In this document: positions 62,151-64,000 of the stretch, piece by piece
How the letters are laid out: each line of letters opens with the position of its first letter
Numbering within the stretch: the stretch's first letter is position 1
From: a virus
Taxonomy: Duplodnaviria; Caudoviricetes
DNA: 64,000 nucleotides
Virus record (IMG/VR): IMGVR_UViG_3300014204_000012
Span: 16,013 to 80,012 of that record
Strand: one strand, 5' to 3'
The notes under the pieces: model-generated
Told to the model about the DNA's origin: nothing
The model's input: the letters and a program-made list of their open reading frames with translations, nothing else
Databases searched by the model: none
Program-made: the position numbers and the translations under genes

Positions 62151-62912
62151 TTATCCCCCGATTATATTTTGATATGGATTTGAACTGTTAAAATCAGAAT
62201 AGTTATAACCTACCTGATTGTTCGGCGAAGAAACACCCGGCATATAAACACCAGTTGATGGTGCGGTTAATCCAACTCCCCCTTGTCCACTCGTCCCTCC
62301 AACTCCATAATAATTCTGCGTTATTCCCAGTTGTTTGTTCGCCGCCTGTCCCTGCATGTATGTACTTGCCGCATTCGACAACGTCCCCATACCTGCGTTT
62401 ATCTGCGATGCCCCACGGTTGCCATAATCAGTTGCCTGTCCCAACATCAATGCGTATGGGTTTTTAACATTTTCCTCCCACTTCTTATCCTCCAACTGAG
62501 CCATGTTCCCCAACACACCGCTCAAAAACTGCTGACGTTGCCGGTAATCCTGTGCTGCCGCAAGTCCTATTCCTTTCTGTTGTGTCATTTGAGTTCCATA
62601 CACCTGTGACAGCATTCCCAGAACATCACTCCCCGTCATGGCTGCATTTTTCGCCTCCTCAACGCCCTGTGCCGTAGTACTGCCAATGTTCTCCTCCATG
62701 ATGTCCTGTCCGGGTAAACGTAATCCTGCCGCACTACGTTCTGCTAACTGTAATTGTTCTTTTGCAGATTCAGGAATCTCATACTTGTTTTTCTCCCAAA
62801 AAGACTGTGCCTCTTTCTGTTTCTTCGCTGCCTTTATTTTGTCTGCGATTCCAATGCCCACCTGTGCGAGACCGGAAACCCCACCGGTTATTGCCCCTAT
62901 TAATGCTGCCAT
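62151..62912 (-). CDS. Small ejection (pilot)-type protein
   Basis: Gly/Ala-rich hydrophobic N-terminus MAALIGAITGGVSGLAQVGIG followed by a Q/A-rich coiled coil. Confidence 0.6.
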   Translation of the reverse strand: MAALIGAITGGVSGLAQVGIGIADKIKAAKKQKEAQSFWEKNKYEIPESAKEQLQLAERSAAGLRLPGQDIMEENIGSTTAQGVEEAKNAAMTGSDVLGMLSQVYGTQMTQQKGIGLAAAQDYRQRQQFLSGVLGNMAQLEDKKWEENVKNPYALMLGQATDYGNRGASQINAGMGTLSNAASTYMQGQAANKQLGITQNYYGVGGTSGQGGVGLTAPSTGVYMPGVSSPNNQVGYNYSDFNSSNPYQNIIGG

Positions 62913-62916
62913 ATTA

Positions 62917-64000
62917 TTATCGTACTGGTAAAAATTCTATTTCTAATAACCTATATTCTAATCCACCGGGAACAAACGTAAACGTAATATTGAACGCATG
63001 TCCTTTCATTTTTAATCCATTATGTAACAAAGATAAATCATCTCCGCTTACCGTCTTGATATTATTAAACACCGGGCTTACATACCTGCCCTCCCTTGCT
63101 CTGAATGTCCCCGGATACAACGCTGTCTTTTGCTTTATGTTCAACGTGGGTGATTCATCCGATTCAATAACCACACTCGGGGCCACCGTGCTATCAAGAG
63201 AAATATTGGTTATGTTCTTTTCTAAACTTGCGGTTTCATTAAACACCTGTTCGATAACCGCATTGTACACGACACCATAAAATGAATTTAGTGTTGCATT
63301 GGTTTCATGTTCCCACAATTCCCCTGACATGCAACTATACAACACATTTCCAATGTTACCCCAACAATCTGCCGGTAACTGAAAATGTACATTATTATAG
63401 TTTACCCATCCTTTCCAATAATCCACAAATGTTACCCACTCGTTCATACCCTCTTTGAACAACACGGTTTCGGACACCCCGTCTACATAAAACGTAATCC
63501 CATATATGTCATTTTTCCTATCATAATGTGCAATCACATCAACATCTGTTCCTGCATCCAACTCTAATTTCTTCCCATAGAAATAAGATTTCATCTTATA
63601 ACCTGAAATTTGAAACTGTCCATTCGGGGATGACCTGATAATTTCACCACGATCACCATCCCAATAATATAAATCCCTGTTATTACTTACTGCACTTCTT
63701 TGATATTTTGTCCCATATTCCAGCTCGCTGGGATTAACCTGACCTATGAATGTACCCGTCATTACAGTAACCAAGTTTCCATTAGCGTCTGTTATTGTTG
63801 ATTTGCCAATGTACATAGCTGTTTCCTTGTTTTCCTGCAACACCTTTAACACATCACCAACCAGAAACATTCTCGATATTACACCATCTGCCTCATTAAG
63901 CTGAATACGATCCAATGGTTCAAAGAACGATAAGTTGTTTATGTTTGTATTGTCGAAATATTTTCCACCCCAGCAAATATCCTGTATTTCAACTTCACCA
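62917..64000 (-). CDS. Tail stabilisation / tubular protein, C-terminal part (truncated by window edge)
   Basis: The frame is open to base 64000 (…NTNINNLSFFEPLDR); YYWDGDRGEIIR...QISGYKMKSYF...WVTFVDY...F.E.EG-type C-terminus. Confidence 0.7.
   Translation of the reverse strand, partial: GEVEIQDICWGGKYFDNTNINNLSFFEPLDRIQLNEADGVISRMFLVGDVLKVLQENKETAMYIGKSTITDANGNLVTVMTGTFIGQVNPSELEYGTKYQRSAVSNNRDLYYWDGDRGEIIRSSPNGQFQISGYKMKSYFYGKKLELDAGTDVDVIAHYDRKNDIYGITFYVDGVSETVLFKEGMNEWVTFVDYWKGWVNYNNVHFQLPADCWGNIGNVLYSCMSGELWEHETNATLNSFYGVVYNAVIEQVFNETASLEKNITNISLDSTVAPSVVIESDESPTLNIKQKTALYPGTFRAREGRYVSPVFNNIKTVSGDDLSLLHNGLKMKGHAFNITFTFVPGGLEYRLLEIEFLPVR

Noticed and set aside
1-64000. Genome-wide stop-codon reassignment, as in some crAss-like phages
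   Set aside because: Long ORFs are intact under code 11, and many genes end in TGA or TAG with tight start/stop overlaps. Only one in-frame TGA was found.

Overview
This window is about 64 kb of a dsDNA tailed phage genome, probably podovirus-like. The host is very likely Bacteroidota: there are many TAnnTTTG promoters, a DUF3127 gene and Gln-after-cleavage signal peptides. Layout: (i) 1-6.6 kb, minus strand: terminase large subunit (cut by the left edge), a TerS candidate, YopX, a metallophosphoesterase, two GroES-like genes, an HNH nuclease and DUF3127. (ii) 7.3-38.5 kb, mostly plus strand: about 90 short genes. They include a dual-frame C5 DNA methyltransferase, an initiator-type tRNA(CAU), a dATP/dGTP diphosphohydrolase-HAD fusion, a PP-loop/PAPS-reductase-like enzyme, a ParB-like protein, a pentapeptide-repeat protein, NinB-like and OB-fold proteins, a DnaA-domain-IV/exonuclease fusion and an inverted endolysin island. 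(iii) 38.6-64 kb, minus strand: late virion module with a tail stabilisation protein (cut by the right edge), three ejection-type proteins including one of 2584 aa, a fibre cluster and a holin-like gene. Headline observation: two fibre-like proteins (1304 aa and 994 aa) carry Sec signal peptides followed by Gln, share an N-terminal domain, and are saturated with the Bacteroidota O-glycosylation sequon D-[S/T]-[A/I/L/V/M/T]. By hand count 57 of their 61 D-[S/T] dipeptides fit the sequon, versus 5 of 20 in six neighbouring proteins without signal peptides. This suggests phage fibres that are exported and glycosylated by the host periplasmic machinery. No DNA polymerase, primase, helicase, RNA polymerase or integrase is recognisable in the window. 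All family assignments come from motif recognition by eye, not from database searches.
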